Source of the DNA: Thalia democratica
Taxonomy: Eukaryota
Assembly (NCBI GenBank): GCA_965202585.1
Contig: OZ241826.1
Span: forward strand, 28,148,001 to 28,212,000
Direction: 5' to 3'
DNA length: 64,000 nt
The notes beneath the pieces are model-generated. The model was given only the letters and a program-made list of their open reading frames with translations, was not told the origin of the DNA and did no database searches. Position 1 is the stretch's first letter. Each line of letters starts with the position of its first letter. This document shows, piece by piece, positions 12,691 to 27,400 of the stretch. The position numbers and the translations under genes are program-made.

Positions 12691-14414
12691 TTGAACGCTA
12701 AAAACAACTAAATAAGCTGGAATCACGCCGATCAGCTGCAGCCAGCTTCTTTTGTTGCTTTGAAAACAGCACCCTCTGGTGTCGGAGTTTGGTAAAACTT
12801 CATCGTCCGCGCTTATTCCTTTGCTTGCGACAAAGACGAACGACAACTTTCCGACTTGTCCGTTCGTGACACAGTGGCTCATTCCTTGCAAAAGTTCTAT
12901 GTCCAAGCTGGTGGACGCAAAGCAGTCACAACTGAGTCTGCAATCGCACTGCTCCAAAAAATCCTTGTCGTTCGCCGGGTACCCTCTCGTCAGAATGTTC
13001 ACCACCTCGTTCGCCTTGACTCCTTGCAGGTAAAGTAAGCCTCCGCGTATCTGTTCGCCTTCGTCGACTGGGTTGATCCTGAAAATTTTCAGGATTGCCG
13101 AGTTCGGGCTTATTTTGGTCATCGACCCGAGCACAAACTGGTGATCTGAATCTGAAGTTTGCAGCAGCTCCGCTTTGTACTTGGCGCAATCGTTGGTTTC
13201 CGATATGCTGCTCGTATCGAACAACAATTGCTGCATAAAAGAGTTCACTTTGCGTTCAAACTGATGCTTCGCAAGTTCAACTTCTGCCCGTTGATTGACG
13301 CTTATTTCTTTTTCGAGTTCGGCAACAAAAGTGTTCATGGAGTAGTTTTCGGAACAGACAGGACTGTTTTCGATCGACACGTCTTTTGGCAGATCTGAAA
13401 TTGGCAGATATTTTGAAAACTTGGTCAGGTTAAGTTTGTCGTACAAAATGTGTTTTGCAAATTCGCGTGCGCTTTGTTTTATTTCGATTTCTATCAGGTA
13501 CGCTAGAGTTACTAGGTCATGGTGAGCAACGGCTATTCTTTTTTCGTCATATCCTACTTGAAACGTGCCCGAAAGAATTTTGTTTCCGTCGCTGTCGAAC
13601 TTGCGTGCAGGAGAGTCTTTGAATTCAAGTTGTTTTTTGGAACATGAGTTACCATCGTAGACTTTTAAAACGGGCTCGTAACTAAAACTGGAGTCAAAAC
13701 ACGGATACGAAGATTTTACAAACACAGTTGAGGTTGTCTTCTTATCGAATAACGGTTCGCGAGTTTTAACAGACTGGTCATCTTTACAGTTTCCACTAAG
13801 ACAACCTGAACTTTCAAACTTCTCATTCACTTTGCTAACAAACAAGTACGTCAAATCTTTAGCATTCCCATCGTCCTTTGCGTAGCAATTGCCGTATCGG
13901 TGAGCAATATCAAAGCTGTTCGTCAAATAAATGCCTGGGCCATGTTTGCCGGACGACGAAGGCCTCAGTCCTTCTTTCAAGATTCCCTCGACGTTGTTCC
14001 CTTTGGTGCCGTGCAGAAGCAGAAAGCTCTTACATCTGCAGCGTTCCACATTCGATTTGACCCTGTAAATCCTGATAGCCACGTTTTTGTTCGAGTACTT
14101 ATTCAATTGATTTAGTTCAGTGCTCAAACCGAGAGATCCTTTCAACAGTCGTAATCCAGATCGTCGCTTTCCAACAACTGAAGTTCATAATTGAAAACTT
14201 TTGAAAGAGATTTTTTGAATGTCGAAGTGTCGCACTCAAACAATTTTACGGCGTGTTTCACTAATTCTTCTTTTCTCGCATCGAATTGTTTGACCATTTT
14301 CTCGATTTCAATTTTCGTCTTTTGTTTTTCTTCTTCGCACAGGCGACGCAAGTAGTTCTGAGGACCAGGAAACTGTGATATTGTCTGATCTAAACATTCT
14401 TCGTTTGAATACAT
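12688..14414 (-). pseudogene. Tandem ART/PARP-fold gene, paralog 2, one frameshift
   Basis: The 90-aa and 485-aa ORFs join into a full-length paralog if one T is restored at ~14148 (TAC GA-CTG TTG vs TAC GAT CTG TTG in paralog 3). No other lesion is visible. Could be a sequencing error or a polymorphic allele. Confidence 0.8.
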
Positions 14415-16319
14415 GATGTATTTACTAAATAACCTGAAATAAATTCTAAGTTAAAAAAAAATCTTAATTTTTCTTGTTATATGTAAGAAGTGCTATTCTA
14501 GAAGAACTGTGTATAAATATTCACTGTTTGCTTTTTACACTTAAATGTAAATTTATTTAACTCATGTAATTCATGTAGTTAATTTTTTCTAACAAAGTAA
14601 GTAGTTAATGTACAGAAAATGCTTTCAATACAAAACTTATTTATTGATTTTCTATTTATATAATGTCTTTCGATTGAAAAAATAATTACTTTTTAAATGT
14701 TTGGTTTAAGGGGAAACCGGTCAAATATGCACGATGGGACAATTTTGCACGAAGACACTTTTGAACGAAGGGTCACTTTTGCACGGAAGTAAGAAAAAAA
14801 TAAATTTAAAAATAATAATAATTTATTAAAAAAAAACAACCTTACCAACCAAGGGTAAGTGTTAGGAGTAACAGTGAAAGTAAAAATAAAAAAGTAAAAA
14901 GTTAATAAATTTTGGTTATCGACCACATGATTTTAAAATTTCTTACGAGTAAATAAGAATTACAATTTTATAATCTAGAACTTTTAAATCTTAAAAATAA
15001 ACAACTAATAAAATTAATGAAAAGAAAGTTAAGTTATATATGTGTTTATTTAAAAAGTTTTATTCATGATGTACTCAAAAACTTTTTTAACAACAAAAAA
15101 TTTAAACACAGTCTAATCCTAAACCTTAACATCAAAATCAGTAGACAATGTTTAAATTTTAGAATTTAGAAAGCAAGTTAGATTTGATTCATGAAACAAG
15201 AAAAGCGATATTTATAGCAAACATGAAAGTATTAGGAAAACAGCTCACAACTTCTTTAAAAACTAAAAGTAAAATTGTAGTAAGCTGAAAGATTTTGAGT
15301 ATTATTAGTATTTTATGTTAAATATTTAACTTTTCATTATTCATTTAACAATTTGATTGAATTACTTAAAGAAGTTATTATTAAAACTAAATTAATATTA
15401 TATAACTTTAAGAACTTTGCAAAGAATTTAATTCAATTATATATATAAAATATATTGAACCCCTTATAAAAGGACTAAAATGTATGGTACTAAGACCTAG
15501 TGCACAAAATCATTATTTGGTCCATAAACTCAATTTAACTTTATTTGTAGATTTGAATATAAAAAACAAAACTGTAACATCAGAAATTACGCATTTAACA
15601 AGAATATAAAAATCCTTCAGTTAAAAATACTTTTTAAAGTAGATGTCAGTATTGCTTCTTTAAAAAAAATGCAAGATTACTGTTAAATATTCTAAATCTA
15701 CTGTTAAAGAAAATAAACTGTAAAATTAAGATGATAAAATAATAATAAAAAGTGTTCTAAAAGTGTGATAAATGCTGCCTTAAAATAAAAAGTAATATAC
15801 AAGTAAATCTGGTATTGGCAAACTGCTGTTTAGGTGAAACTAACACCTAAAAGACTGGTGATTCTTTACCTGAAGGATGCCAAGTGGAACCGAAATGTTA
15901 TGTGGGTTACTTAAGACAGTTGTATGGTTATAGTAAACTTAAACTTTAGTAAGTATAAGTAAATGAAATCATCCCCACTAACACTGATAGCAAAAAATAT
16001 TTAAGGCACTCTATATAAAACTAGGCATGACAATTAATAAACATATAATATAAAAGAACAGTTGCAAAAACTAACAAATATAAAAACCATGCACAATATA
16101 AAATATCTTATATTTTAGAAACTATTTCCATATTATTAAAATCTTCAAGCAAAAATAAAATTTAAAATATCTATACTTATAGAAAGTTTTAACTAGAGAT
16201 TGAGAAAAAACTGCTTAAACTTAAAGTTATAAAACATATTTATGAAAAAAAAAACATTCTTTAACAAAAAATTGAAAAAAAATTAAGAAATATAAATGTT
16301 TATTCTGTAATTACATGTT

Positions 16320-16420
16320 AACTGCAGCAAGCTGTGGCTTGAATGATCTGCTCTCCAGCTGATGAGTATTTATATATGGCGCGAGCTTTCTCTTAAATGC
16401 TTGGACGAACAAGAACTTAA
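16320..16420 (-). promoter_or_regulatory. TATA + Inr core promoter candidate for ART paralog 2
   Basis: Minus strand TATAAATA starts at 16374 and Inr-like TCATTC has its A at 16344 (30 nt apart). Lies ~1.9 kb upstream of the ATG, which is preceded by a splice acceptor. An inverted half-unit at ~16460-16510 and a second full unit at ~16810-16960 lie further upstream. Confidence 0.6.
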
Positions 16421-19400
16421 ACTCGAGTGTTCAAATTTAATGGAAAACTTTAATTTAAAATTTTTATTCATTCAAGGGTTTAAGAGAAGCTCGAAAGGTC
16501 ACGTGTTCAGTTTGATAGGCTGTTACCCATCTATTATCAGTACCTATATTACAAAATGTTTGAATAGACATACTAAAAAAAAAGGTTAAAAATATTCTGA
16601 AGTTATTTTGAAATAGTTTCCTTAGAAAATAATGAAAAGAACAATTGAAAACACTAGAAAGTATACAAAAAAAAAACCTTACTTCTTAGCTTATTTCAAA
16701 ATGTATAAATTAAATTGAAAATTATTTACTTCGAATTTAAATTAAAGAAATAGCATTGTTTACATAAGAACTTTACATTAACAACAAAAAAAATGTTTAT
16801 TTGAACAGCGAGTTAGCAGCAGCAAGGTGGCCTAGAAAGATCTCCTCAACAGCTAATGAGTGTTTATATATGGCTGTAGTACTCAAATTCAAACTTGCAT
16901 ATATAAAACATTTGACTATGCCAGCTTTCTTTTAAACGCTAGGATTAACAGAGCTTTAAATTAAATGTTTTATAAACTTAAACAGCTATCAAATGAAGTT
17001 TGATATCATGTTATAAATTAATAACAACAATTTAATAAATAACGTTCAATTTCAACCTGTAACTTTCTAAAAAGGTTGCAATTTTTTTTACAGTAATCGT
17101 ACCTCAGTCTATAATTTACTACCTTGTAGGCTAGCGATTTGTAACTTCATTTGTTGTTAAACCTAGGTAGAAAAAGTCTGTTTCTGAAGACCTTGTATGA
17201 TAAATATAGTTTGAATTGCACTATAATTACTTTGCTATTATTTAATTTTTTATGAATTTGAGACTTTAGAAATTTATTATAAGTTAATTTGTTATCTATT
17301 TGAGACTTTGGGAACTTATTATTAATAATTTTGTTATCTATTTGAGACTTTGGGAACCACTTCTCTGTTTAATAGAAAATTATAATATTAATGATTTTAT
17401 TTCCTAAGTTTACTAAGTATTAAAAAAAATAAGTTGTAAGTAAATTAAATATTCGAATACTTTTATATACTCATTTCTAAACCTTAAATCTCTATTTTCA
17501 AGTTTACTGTAGATTTTATTTATAGTCATTTGTTGATTTTGATAGTTAAGACTAGCAGTTTATATTTTCGTCAAATTACTAAATTAATTATGTTTCATAA
17601 AACCAAAAAAAACCTTATAAATTTAATATAAACTACTTACAGTAAGGGTATATTTACTTACTAACTGAGTTTGGCATTTATAATTAAAACTATATGTATC
17701 TAAATGAAACGGTTTAACTTTCAAACATTAAAAAAATGAAGGAACTGTTAAATAACCTTTATTAAGTAAAAGTTGCTTTAATTTAACAAAAAAAAAAGAT
17801 TAGTATTTGTTTGTGTAAAGCCTCTGTCAATTCCTGAGTCAGTTTTTTTTAAAGAAAAATATCTTAAGTACATGACCATTTAACATGATCCTCTAAAAGA
17901 TGTTTTTGTCTAAAATGAATTATTAAGAGCTTATATGTAAAATTCTAGTATATAAGGAAAGTTGTTGACTGAATTTTGTGTGTACTTAAAAGATTAAGGC
18001 AATCCTTTTTAGTTAAGGGTCAAGATAGGCTTTACTTATATTAAGGTGGGAAGAACGGACTTACTTTGAAAAATTATTGTCATAGCTTTTATGAAAAATA
18101 TCTCAAGAAATGAAATAAGTATCTAATAATATAGAAAACTTTCATTTATCATAATACAACAGAGTTAAATATTGCAGATTTTCCAAAAAGTTTTCCTATA
18201 AGCAAAAAAGTCAGCTGGTCAACCCAAAACTAACCTGAGTTTTAAATATAATTAACACTGCAGTAAATAGAGCAAAGATCTATAATAAATGTAAGTCTTA
18301 TTTGAATCCTTTGTTATCATATTTAATAAAAAAGATATAAAATGTAAAAAATCACAATTATTAAAAAAATCAAATCATAAAAGCTAGCATAAGATTTTGA
18401 ATAATTCAAACTAAACTAATTTTATTCAATAACAAAAACAATTTTAAAACAAAACTAAATCAGCCTTAGTTTTCACTCAAATAAAAATGCTTTTTTAAAC
18501 TATAAAATACACACATTTAACTTATATCCAACGCACTAAATAAAAACATATTCATTCAATATTCTTTCATTATCAAAGGGAAAAAATTAAGTACATTAAG
18601 TTAGACATTAGTATAAAAAATTTTAGACTAGAAACTTCTAAAACCAACGTCGAACTTAGAAAGACTTAAAAATTTTCATTTAACGCTTTGAAACTCCGAG
18701 TACTTAGTTTAAAATAAATAAACAATCTAAACATACCACAAATTCTAAGTAATTATATGTCTTTTTGTTGTAAAGCTTATTAAAAATATTATTTAAAATT
18801 AAAAAAAAATTATCTGTTAACAAAAGTTTAACGTTTAAAAAATTGAAACATAAAAGTTCAACAAAAAACTTTTATGCAGTTATGAGTAAACAATATAGGT
18901 TTAATTCTTAGTTGCTAAGTTTTTTCTAACACAATATAAGTAAAAACCGTAAGTAGAGAAACTTTTTAAATATCATGCTTGATTACACAAACCCAAGTGT
19001 ATTTATTTTATTTAGGAAAACTGCATATTCAATATATGAAATGCAAGTAAATGGAGCAGGGTTAACACAGACAAACATATGTAAATGATAATTTTAATTA
19101 TTTATGTGTTAGGATTAAAAAAATTTGAAACTAAAACCTTTTTTATCCTGTTTTTTTTGGTAGTTTAACATATAAATAATATGTGAATATAGTTAGGAAA
19201 AAACAGCAAGTGGTTATAATTATTTTGTTAGCCTTTACTATAGTAAACATTAGCCTTTAATATAGAGCTTTTGTAAGCTTAAAATATATTTTTTAAGAGA
19301 AAAAAAAAATCTCTAGCACATACAACATATTATAAAAACAGTTTAAATTTTGCTGATCTGTTGTTAAACGGACAAGTAAAAATGCTTGTTATAATATAAA

Positions 19401-20435
19401 AATTCTGAAAAAAAGCATAGAATTTAAATAGATTTTGTATAAGAAAATATTTAATGAAGTAGTGTAGAAACTAACAAAAAAAACCTTGGTACATTTTTAA
19501 AATTCCAATAATCCCAGGGAATTTTAGCTAGATTTTGAATAAGATTTAAATAATTCAATTTTAATACTAAGTTATTTTATAACCAATTTGGTTAAAGAAT
19601 TCTGAGAATATTTTAAATCTTACGTAAATCTCAGGATGACCCAGACCAATTCATTTTAGAATAACCTGGGGATATTTTTAAGATTTTTTACAATCTCAAG
19701 CAGTTTTTCTTAGGTTTTAAATGAGATTTAAATGATTTAATTCTAAACACAAAATTAGTTAAAGAACCTAGCTTTTATTGATTTTTGCTAAGCTAAAAAA
19801 TATTCTTAAGCACTAAACATAGAAAACAAGGTTAGAAAAAATACATTTTTTATGACTTGAATAGTGGCTGGCCATCCTGTTATATTAAAAAGAACCAAAA
19901 TGCTTTTACTTATAAAACACATGAAAAAATCAGGATGATCCATACTAGTTTAGTTTCATAAAAACTGGAAATGCTTTAAATTTATAATATTTCTACGGAT
20001 TTTCAGTTAGATTTTGAAAGAGATTTAAATGATTTAATTTCAATTTCTGCTAATTTATTACTATTTTTGTTGAAAATCTAATTTTTGTTCACTTTGTTAA
20101 TTGTAAAAAAATACTTAAACGATTAAAAAACCAAAGTTGGTTTAATACAGTTTCTTTTTTTTTTGAATCAAAAACTTGCCAGCCTGTTATCTTAAAGAAT
20201 GACTAAAAATATTTACTTTAACAAATAAAAGAAATCAGAAATCCTTGAAAATACTTTTAGACATCATAAATTAAACACGTATTTTAATTTTATATTTTTA
20301 TCATAAGATTTTGAATTAATTTAAGTAACAGAAGAAATATAAATTGTATGCTTTGTAGTTTATGACATAAAAACTGATATGAACTCACCGTCATCTGCTT
20401 ACTATTGTCATTCTATTTCAATGTAAACAATAGAC

Positions 20436-23400
20436 CAGGGGTCGGCAAACTGCGGCCCGCGGGCCAAATGCGGCCCACGAAGGGTAAATCTGCGGCCCGT
20501 GAGCACGTTAGTTTTTTGAATGGAATGCGGCCCGCGATAGAAATTTCTGCGGCCCGCGAGCTACTAAATGTGGCCCGCTGAGCAAAAATAGATTTTGGTG
20601 AATATTTTTTCGGGAATTTGTTTTAGATTGATTAATATCGTTTTAAGTCCCTGAATAACATTTTAAAACAACTAAAAGACTATATTGCTTTGACTTGAAA
20701 TTGTTAAAAAGACAGATTAGCATTTGAAAAGTGATTTTCTATCAGTTTTACAATAACTTTCTTATTGCATCTGTTTTATTAGCTAAAAAGAAGTGCTTGG
20801 ATACAGTAGGTTGTATATATTACATTTATTTAGTTATTTATATAACAAACTAAACGTAAATGCTTTCCATGTAATGCACAGTAATTATCTAAAATTTCAT
20901 TCTGTATAGTTTAGGTTTTTTTTTCAACATGTTATTAGTACCTAAATTCTTTTATAAATGTTTTTTCACAGTAATTTATATCTAAGTGTGCACAAAAACA
21001 TTTATAATAGCATAATAGTAAATAGGTTTAATTTATTTTCCATTTAAAACATATTAAATTTTAGAAGGATTATGTGCAATTTAAATTAATTACTATACAC
21101 ACCAATGTACACAGATGCACAGATGTTTAGAACCATTTTTTAAACCATTTTTTTTAAATACTTAAGTTAGATTAAGTAAAGTTTTAACATATATATAAAT
21201 TTTTTTTCTGCTTGAAAATCTTAGTATTTACAAACAGTTTTAAAACAGTATATATGCAGAAATAAAAATTTACTTGTTATGTAAATTGATAGGTATACAG
21301 TTTTATTCTCAAACAAAAGTTTTTGGTAGATCGAATTTATTTCTTTGCTTTCCACTCTAATATACATATATGCCATTTTTTGTAACTACGTATTTAAGGT
21401 ATATTATATTTAGTGATGGAAAATTTAATAAATTTAAAAGTTGTTAATCAAAATAGTTCAAATTCAAGCAATTAAGCAACTTAATTTTGCCACAATATTG
21501 GACTAAGTCAGTCATTGAATACTTTTCGAATTTCAGGCTAATTTAGACATTTTTTTAGTATTTAGCTTGAATTGCTTTTTTTTTCTAAAATTTAAATCTA
21601 AGTTATCAGGCTAGTTTTTTGCACTCATTCAAAACTTTTTTGCTTTGAAGTGTAACCGTCATCAATTACGTTGATGTTAGGTTGCTTTAGCTGCTCTTAA
21701 ATAAGATAACAAGAAACGGTTATTTAAAGTATTACAGATGTTCAGATGGAACGCAGGCTTTATTTGATATACTAGTACTTACCATGAAAATAATAATATA
21801 AAAACTAGTTATTAGTGCACGTGATTTTATATACAACATTAATAAACACATCGTGAAATAAGTGAAAGAAAAGAAACTAAAACCAATGACTTCTGATAAG
21901 AGCCCAGTAGGCACATATACTAACTACTAAACATGTTGTTGAAATGTACAGAAAATAGACTGGACGATCAATTCTTCTATCCACATTCTATCAACAAAAC
22001 CCTTCTCGATTGTTCATCATACGATTCGCAATCCTATCGTCAACACGTCGTTTTGTGCGTTCTCTCCCCCGGTAGTAATACAACGACTCGCGTCTCTCCC
22101 GTCACTAATCCGCCGACTCGCGTCTGCAAGCTAAGTTTTAAACTCTTTCTCTCAAATTTACTTCACGCTTCTTTTTCTCATTTTCTATTCTCAATACTAG
22201 TTGTGACGTCACTGAAAACATTGAAATTCTTTAACTTTAACTCTTCTGAAATAATCGAAACATAAAATGCAATGATTGGTTCGTTACATTTTTTTTTGCT
22301 TAATTTTTTTTTGTTCTTTTTTCTTGATTTTTTTTTTATATTTTTCTAAATCTAGTCTCTTACCTTGCCTCTCTATTTTGTCTTAATTTAAGATTTTTTT
22401 TTAAATTCTATTTTTGTCTAGTATCAGTTTCTACAAACATTTTTATACTTAAGATTGTTATATCAACATTACCTTTTAATGTATCAATAATCATTTACGT
22501 CTATCATTCAGTACCTGTACCCACAAACTCCTTCCGAAACCATTGGTAGAATAAAAAAAAAGAAAAAGATAAAAAAACAAGTAAATAGAAAAAAAGGTGT
22601 ACATAAGTTAATTATTTAACAAGAATATGGTATTTTTAATTACATGTGTATATACTTTTCTTAATTAAAAATAATTATTTAAGTCAGTAATTCATAGTTT
22701 AAAAAAATTATAATTTTGGAATTTAAAAACTGTAAATTGTTGTTGGTGCTTAAAATATAAAATTTAATAGAAATGTTAATAAAAAGTTAGTGAGTAATGG
22801 ATTAAAAACACGGCAAAAAATTACAAACCATAGCAAAACATTTTCTAAAGTAAAACTAATTAATTGATTCAGTAATTCATAATTTGTAAGAATTAAGTTT
22901 GGTGTTACAAAAACAATTGACAATCATTGTTTAACATACATATTTACAATTAATTTTTTTATTTGCCTGTTTGCAGAGCAGGAGTTATGTAAGTAAAAGT
23001 GTATGTAGAATTAAAAATCTTATTTTGAGCTTATTAAATCTTAAAAAAAAACTGATGTTTATGTTACTTTGAAAATTGAATGTTATTTAAAGTTAAGTAA
23101 TTGAAAATACATAAAAAACTTATAACAAATCCTAAATATTGTTTTTTTATTTTTTTAATGCAATAAACTCAATGTAAGTTTTTTCGTGAATTCCTTGTCA
23201 ACTTATTCGTCTCTCCATCATCTTCCATGTCAACTTCTTCGTCTCTCCATCATCTTCCATGTCAACTTCTTTGTCTCCACACATCATCTTCCATGTCAAC
23301 TTCTTCGTCTCCAACCATCATCTTCCATTTCAACTTATTCGTCTCCACACATCATCTTCCTTGTCAACTTCTTTGTCTCCACACATCATCTTCCATGTCA

Positions 23401-26313
23401 ACTTATTCGTCTCCACACATCATCTTCAATTTCAACTTATTCGTCTCCACACATCATCTTCCATGTCAACTTCTTTGTCTCCACACATCATCTTCCATGT
23501 CAACTTCTTCGTCTCCACACATCATTCTCCATGTCAACTTATTCGTCTCCACCCATCATCTTCCATGTCAACTTCTTCGTCTCCACCCATCATCTTCCAT
23601 GTCAACTTATTCGTCTCCACACATCATCTTCCATGTCAACTTCTTTGTCTCCACACATCATCTTCCATATCAACTTATTCGTCTCCACCCATCATCTTCC
23701 ATTTCAACTTGTTCGTCTCCACACATCATCTTCCATGTCAACTTCTTTGTCTCCACACATCATCTTCCATTTCAACTTATTCGTCTCCACACATCATCTT
23801 CCATTTCAACTTATTCGTCTCCACACATCATCTTCCATTTCAACTTCTTTGTCTCCACACATCATCTTCCATTTCAACTTATTCGTCTCCACACATCATC
23901 TTCCATGTCATTTTCTTTGTCTCCACACATCATCTTCCATATCAACTTATTCGTCTCCACACATCATCTTCCATTTCATCTTATTCGTCTCCACACATCA
24001 TCTTCCTTGTCAACTTCTTTGTCTCCACACATCATCTTCCATTTCAACTTATTCGTCTCCACACATCATCTTCCATGTCAACTTCTTTGTCTCTACACAT
24101 CATCTTCCATTTCAACTTATTCGTCTCCACACATCATCTTCCATGTCAACTTCTTTGTCTCCACACATCATCTTCCATATCAACTTATTCGTTACCACAC
24201 ATCATCTTCCATTTCAACTTATTCGTCTCCACACATCATCTTCCATGTCAACTTCTTTGTCTCCACACATCATCTTCCACGTCAACTTTTTAAAAAAACT
24301 TATGATTTATGTTTTGTTATACTCACAGTTATGGTTATGATTATAATATATTTTATATTTTAATATTTGCAGCTGCTATACTTTGAAATATTATTTATAT
24401 TAAATTATAAGTGAATCAGTGTTGACGTAATACCTTGAATTTGACAATTTGGCTACAAACCTGGAAATTGAGATTAAAAAATATAGTTTTAATTTTTTTT
24501 TTTTAAAAGCTACAGATGCAGATATGAACAATATAATTTTTTTGTATGTGATTCAAATGATCCTTCCCTTCATTAATTTCATTATTAATTCTTTTGCCAT
24601 TTTTTGCGTTGTTTGATAACTTATGATACAACTTAATTTACAAAAAAAAAACTTTAATCAAGCTATTGCACGCAGAAAACTTTGATTGTAAATGTGCGTT
24701 AGACTTTAACTTAATTTTTTTTTGTATAAGTTTTTTAGGATCTAAATTTAATTTATAACTATTGAATTAATTGAATTGTAGAAAAACAAATTGTCTGATA
24801 AGTTTTAATTGCATCTAAAAAGTCAAAATCTGTTATTAGTTTAATGTTTCAAAGGTTGTGTAAGTTTTTATAGTTGTTTTTGTTTACCTGAAACTCCAAA
24901 AGTTTTGACTTTGTTTCAAGTGTCGTGTCATTATATGGCACCACATTTCATAGATAACTTGTATTTTTTTGTAGTATCAAGTTAAGTTGCTAAGACAAAT
25001 GTTTTAAAATGTTTTCAATTCAAACGGTACTCCTTTTTATTAATTACTTTTGCTACTTTATAAATGCCTTGAAATTTTTTTCTGATCAGTCTGTAGTTAC
25101 TGAAGATAATCATGCGCTTTGTTAAATCTGACGTAAGCATTTTTACGTTTCTTGCAATAACTCCTAACCAACGTTTTTATATTTTTATATTTCGTCTTAT
25201 ATTTCACATTTACTATTTTTAAATGCAATATTCTTATTGCGATAAAGATTTGTTATAATTCTGAAAAAAAAAACTTCTTTTTATTAATGGGTTAATACAT
25301 TTTCATTTTTTCGTTATAAATATTTAAAAAACTTAAATATACATTCAAGCTGACTTATAACATTTAGTTTTTTTTTAGTTATATTTAATTCACTGTTAAT
25401 AAACTTCGTTATTTTTTTTTTTGTAAACTTTGTTATAAACAGGGTTGCAAAAAAAATGCCTAGTTTAGAAATTTGTGTACTCAGACTAAAATAAACCTGT
25501 TTAAGACATTGTTGAAAACTCAGGTCTGTGTGAATTTTATTTTTCAAGTACTTTCAGTAAATCTATCAATACTCATAATAATTTTATTATTGTAGTGTAG
25601 TTTATTTGTTATAATTTATTCTAGGCTACGTACATATTTTCTACTTTTTAATAATGATAATATTTTAGTTAGTTATTTAAGCTTGATTAACAGCAATTTT
25701 TAACCTTTTTTAACTTTTGGTAAACTTAGACTGGTTTTATATAACTCAAACATTTTTGCTGTTAAAGTGACAACTATGTAAAAGACTAGTTAATTAGTAA
25801 TAAAGTATTCGAGCAATAACTATGTAAAAAAAATGTTTTAGGTTTCTTCAATACAAATAGGTTTTACTTTTATGTAAACTAATTACTGAATTTTTAAAAG
25901 AGTGTAAATTTTTGAAAACTTAAAATTTATTTTCAATAATTAACAATTTTTTATATGAAAGATTAGTTGATACCATAAAAATGTATAAAAGTCACTCATA
26001 AAGTAATTCAAGCTTGGGTTTTATAAAAAGTTAAGTAAATATTAAATTAAACTATTAACTGGAAAAAGTAGTACATAGTTTATTAAGAATTAAATATATT
26101 AGTCAATGTAAATGTAAATCTTTTTTTTAATAAATAGTCGATGTAAAAATAAAAGCAAATCAAAATAATAAACTTAATAAAAGTTAACTAAAAGTGTGAC
26201 TAAAACTAAAACCAGAAGATTATTTAAATGTAACTAAAAATAAAACTGCGGCCCGCGAAGTTTTTTGAAACTTGAAATTTGGCCCGCGAGCACCAACTGC
26301 CTGCCGACCCCTG
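20436..26313. mobile_element. hAT (Buster/Charlie-like) non-autonomous DNA transposon, 5.9 kb
   Basis: 12-bp TIR CAGGGGTCGGCA ... TGCCGACCCCTG. 8-bp TSD CAATAGAC (20428-20435) / CAACAGAC (26314-26321), one mismatch, nnnTAnnn pattern. Subterminal GCGGCCCGC repeats. No transposase ORF recognised. Confidence 0.88.
23190..24290 (+). repeat. 34-bp minisatellite, about 32 units, inside the hAT element
   Basis: Unit tcttccatgtcaacttcttcgtctccacacatca with point variants and no unique spacers. The unit is not a multiple of 3 and is stop-free on +, which produces three artefactual ORFs. Confidence 0.95.
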
Positions 26314-27244
26314 CAACAGACGGTTGTGGAATCAACGTGCAATAGAAGGTTTTATTGAACAAAGTATCATAGGGAAAGAAATAGTTAAAAGAGTGTGAAC
26401 AGAGTGTTAGTTCTATTAAGTCACCTAAAGTTGGTGACAAGTTTTAATCCCTTAAAGTCAAATTAATGCAAGAAAATTTAATTCCACTGAGCCAAAAAAG
26501 AACTGAATTAATTTAAGACAATAAGTCACTATATAACCTTGCAAAAAAAATTATAATAGAACTCACAAAATTGAAGTCTAATCAATTACCACGAGTATTG
26601 ACAATTTATAAGTTACAAGTAATCACAAAAACTAGTGACCAGCTTTAAGTCAAAGTAAGTGATATAAAATTCATGTAAGGTCTTAAATCTTAATAGAATA
26701 ATAAAAACGACAATATTTACAAGTTAATAAGACAGCAAAGACTAGTAACACCCTGAGATATTTAGGAGTTTCTTATAAGGGTATTGGCATGACATTTGAG
26801 TGTTTTGTTTTGTGATTTTTTTACTTATTCGTTTCAAATGCTGCAATATTTATAATAGGTTGTAACACATATTTGATTTTTTTTTTGAAATTAAAATGAA
26901 AAATATAAGCGAAAAGATAAGTTTTTCTTGTCAAAGCACAATAGATATTTTTTTTATTATTATAAATATTTTTTTTTACTAAAGACCATTTGTAGAAAAT
27001 TATTTAATTATTTTATAGTTAAATATATTTAAAATGTTTTTTACGAACATTAGTATAAGTTTTAAGACCAAGTTATATTTTGATATGTAATACCTTTTTT
27101 CTTTTAAATGAAGGAAGAGTAGTGTTTATTTTCCAACAAAATGAAAGAGGAGAAGTAGAGTGAAGATTCTCTTCCAAAAGTAGGAAAGGAAGTGGAACAG
27201 GATTTAAAACTACATTTGATAACTGTTTAAACTTAAAAGAAATT

Positions 27245-27400
27245 AAAAAGTTAAAGCTCTTGTTCATCCAAGCATTAAAGAGAAAGCTTGCAAGGTCAAT
27301 TATTTTACTGATGCAAGTTTGCATTAGCAAACAATAGCCATATGTTAGTAATCATTTCTTGTAAAGAAGATCATTCAAGACACCCTTACTGCTACTAAAA
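27245..27400 (+). promoter_or_regulatory. Conserved promoter-like unit upstream of intact ART paralog 3
   Basis: Same upstream block (gttcatccaagcattaaagagaaagcttgcaaggtca...ctgatgcaagtttgca) and intact gaTCATTC at 27371-27376. TATA is degenerate. About 2.6 kb upstream of the ATG. Confidence 0.5.

Noticed and set aside
14705-14790. Short ttgcacgaag-type repeats suggesting a MITE end
   Set aside because: No matching opposite terminus or TSD identified.
23190-24290. CRISPR array
   Set aside because: Units are directly adjacent with no unique spacers, there are no cas genes, and the context is eukaryotic and spliced.
23186-24363. Three overlapping 344-384 aa ORFs
   Set aside because: Artefact of a stop-free 34-bp minisatellite read in all three + frames. 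Two start with non-ATG codons and no domain is recognisable.
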